A stretch of 64,000 bases of DNA from an uncultured Acidobacteriota bacterium. GTDB lineage: Bacteria > Acidobacteriota > Blastocatellia > RBC074. How positions within the stretch are numbered: the first letter of the stretch is position 1; every line of letters starts with the position of its first letter. The position numbers and the translations under genes were made by a program. Shown here piece by piece: positions 61,670 to 64,000 of the stretch. The stretch spans positions 1,007,383 to 1,071,382 of the forward strand of contig CAWCKY010000007.1 of NCBI GenBank assembly GCA_963796275.1, given 5' to 3'. Below the pieces are notes generated by a model, which saw only the letters and a list, made by a program, of their open reading frames with translations, was not told the origin of the DNA and made no database searches.

Positions 61670-64000
61670 GTCCTGGCATCAAACGCCGGATGGCTGCGAA
61701 AGCCACCGTGTCCTCAGCATTAATTGCACATATCCGTTGTGCTTACCATCGCGCCACCGCTCCGATGCTGTATCACCACTCCCTTCGGCTGCCCGGTGGA
61801 GCCTGAGGTGTAGATCACATAGGCCAGATGCTCCGGCCGAGTCTCACACTTCTGCGATCGGGTTGGCTTCAGGCCGGTCCGCCACACCAGAAGACTCCGC
61901 CGACAACTCAATCATCTCGATTTCCGAGTTCACTGCGGCAAACAATCCCGATCAGACTCTTTTGTGTCAGCAGAACCGATGGGGTGCTGTCTCCCAGCAT
62001 GTAACTCAATCTCGCAGGCGGAAGCAGGATCCAGCGGCACATATGCTCCTCCAGCCTTCAAGATCGCCAGTTCAGCCACCACCATCTCCGGCCCTCGCTC
62101 AAGCAGATGGCTGCTCGCGCGCCCGGCCCTGACTCCCTTCTCTCTCAGGTAGTGCGCTAGACGGTTGGCTCGGGCGTTGAGCTCTCCATAACTCAGATGA
62201 TTCCCTTCACAGACCACCGCCACTGCCTGCGGCGTCCTCTCCGCCTGCCTCTCAAACAGCTCGTGGATGCACTCTTCGCTCGGATACTCCGCTTCCGTCC
62301 GGTTCCATTCCTCCACCACCTGTCGCCGCTCCCATTCCGGCAGCACATCAATGCTTCTTATCGCCTTGCCGGGCTCTCTCTCCAGCGCTTCCACCAATCC
62401 CTCCACCGCTCTCTGCATAAAACCGCAGACCCGTCTCGGATCGATCGGAGCCTCCACCTGTGCAGTCAATACGAACTCTTCTCCCAGATCGTCCACCGAC
62501 AAGGTCAGCGGATAGTTCGTCCTCTCTTCCCCGCGCAGCACCTCTATCCCTTCCCACGCACTCTCTTCCTCAACCGATCGAGTTTGCACCAAATTCTGAC
62601 TATGGCGGTAATTCAGCAGTGCCGTGAACAACGGCGCCGGAGCCGCCACTCCGCTGCATCGCTGCGCCAGGGCCAGCGAGGCGTGCTCATGCCGCATCAG
62701 CTCTCCCAGCTGCCCGTGCGTCCTCCTTACACTCTCCTCCGCTCCCTCCTCCCCCACACCGATCCTCACCGGCAGCGTGTTGATCAACAGTCCCATCACT
62801 CGATCCGCCCCTTCTCCTCCCTGCATCCTCCCAAACAGCACCGTCCCGAAGACCACATCCTCTCGCCCAGAGGCTCGCCCCAGCACCTGTGCCCACGCCA
62901 CGTGAAACACACTCGCAGCGCTCACTCCAAGCTTGCGGGCCACGCTCTCTCACTCTCTGCTACAATCCCTCCTCCAACTCCAGCCTCGCCTCCTCGATCC
63001 CTCGCCCCTCTCCTCTCACCTCCAGCAGTCCGAACGGCGCCGTCGCCTCCTCGACCTCTCCCAGCAAGCGCCGGAAGTAGACCTCGTGCTCTTCACGACT
63101 CACTCCCATCCGCGCCTGCCCCACAAAGTTGCGGAACGGCTGCGGCGCCGCCAGTCGATCGCTCTCTCCCTGCAGATGCGCTCGAATCTCCTCCTGCATT
63201 ACCTCCAGCGTGGTGTGATCTCCGGCCAGGTGATGCAGCAACAACAGCATCAACCATCGCCCTCTCGCCTCATCCCGCGCCAGGTACACTCGCATCAACG
63301 GCGCACGGCTCACCTCGATCCTCGTCTGTCGCGGATCGTAGCTTCGGTACAACTGTTCGGCCGGATCGCCCTTCGCCTCCTCCAGCCTCACCTCCTCCAC
63401 AGGCAGACTCGCCTTCCGCCAGACCACCTGCACCGGCTCGCTCAGCCCTTCCCAGACCACCGCTGTGCGCAGAATGTCGTGCCGATCCACCACCGCCTGC
63501 AACGCGCTCACATACCTATCCAGCCTCTCCCGGCTATCGAAGCTATAGAGACACGACAGTAGGTAGGTATCTCCCTCGGAGGCCATAAGGTGATGAAAGA
63601 GAATCCCTTCCTGCAACGGCGTCAGCGGATAGATGTCCTGCACATTGGCTGCTCCTCCAGACACCACTCTCACGATCCTCTCGATCTCCGCCATCGACAG
63701 GTCGACCAGCGGCAGCATCTCGGGCCTGATCTCCCCGCAATCGAGCGGGATGCCATTTGGCGGCACCTCCACCCTTCCGGCGTCCCAGCTCACAACCTCG
63801 GCTAGCCCGGCCGGCGTCGGGCTGTTGAACAGCGCACGCACGTCAACCTGCAGTCCTCTCCGCCGCATGCGCTCGATCAGCGTCACTGCCAGCAGCGAAT
63901 GGCCCCCCAGCTCAAAGAAGTTGTCGTGCCGGCCGATCCTCTCCACCTTCAACACCTCCGACCATATCTCCGCCAGCACACTCTCCACCTCACTCTCGGG
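61670..64000 (-). CDS. NRPS upstream segment T-E/C-A(start), several frameshifts; continues beyond the window
   Basis: ORFs 62960..63988 and 61930..62943 are near-identical to the downstream modules. 61670-62130 is indel-rich. Confidence 0.85.

Larger units (their letters stand above)
47520..64000. repeat. Tandem near-identical NRPS module repeats (periods 3279, 3280, 3252, 3270 bp)
   Basis: Identical shadow ORFs recur at 50462/53741/57021/60273/63543 and at 49072/52351/55630. Confidence 0.95.

Noticed and set aside
42496-64000. Many long plus-strand and alternate-frame ORFs over the NRPS
   Set aside because: They are shadow ORFs of a GC-rich repeated coding sequence and recur with the module period

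Overview
Bacterial chromosomal window, probably Acidobacteria (inferred from a PadR + ADOP permease pair). It has four parts. (1) 1-4.9 kb: the 3' end of smc and three GT2 glycosyltransferases. (2) About 4.9-25.7 kb: a decayed accessory island. It starts at a broken tRNA-Gln(CTG) 5' half that is followed by arm-site-like repeats and a different, intact tRNA-Gln(CTG). The island holds an integron-type attC site, VapBC and HicAB toxin-antitoxin loci, and an internally deleted IscB element with a full-length omegaRNA inserted right at the antitoxin start codon. It also holds a second IscB remnant, an ORF-less group II intron, IS21/Tn3/TnpB/tyrosine-recombinase/RHS fragments and several intact genes. 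(3) 25.7-41.4 kb: an early-cobalt-insertion corrin biosynthesis operon (cobA-cbiE-cbiXC-cbiD-cbiL-cbiF-cbiG-cbiHJ-cobW-cbiA) under a cobalamin riboswitch. Upstream of it is a siderophore-class TonB receptor + PepSY pair under two tandem cobalamin riboswitches. (4) 42.5-64 kb: the C-terminal six modules of a very large NRPS built from near-identical 3.25-3.28 kb modules, with dual E/C domains and tandem thioesterases (predicted ...Val-Ile-Ser-Ser-Ser-Val). Many single-base frameshifts in otherwise intact genes suggest unpolished long-read errors. All calls come from motif recognition by eye; no searches were run.
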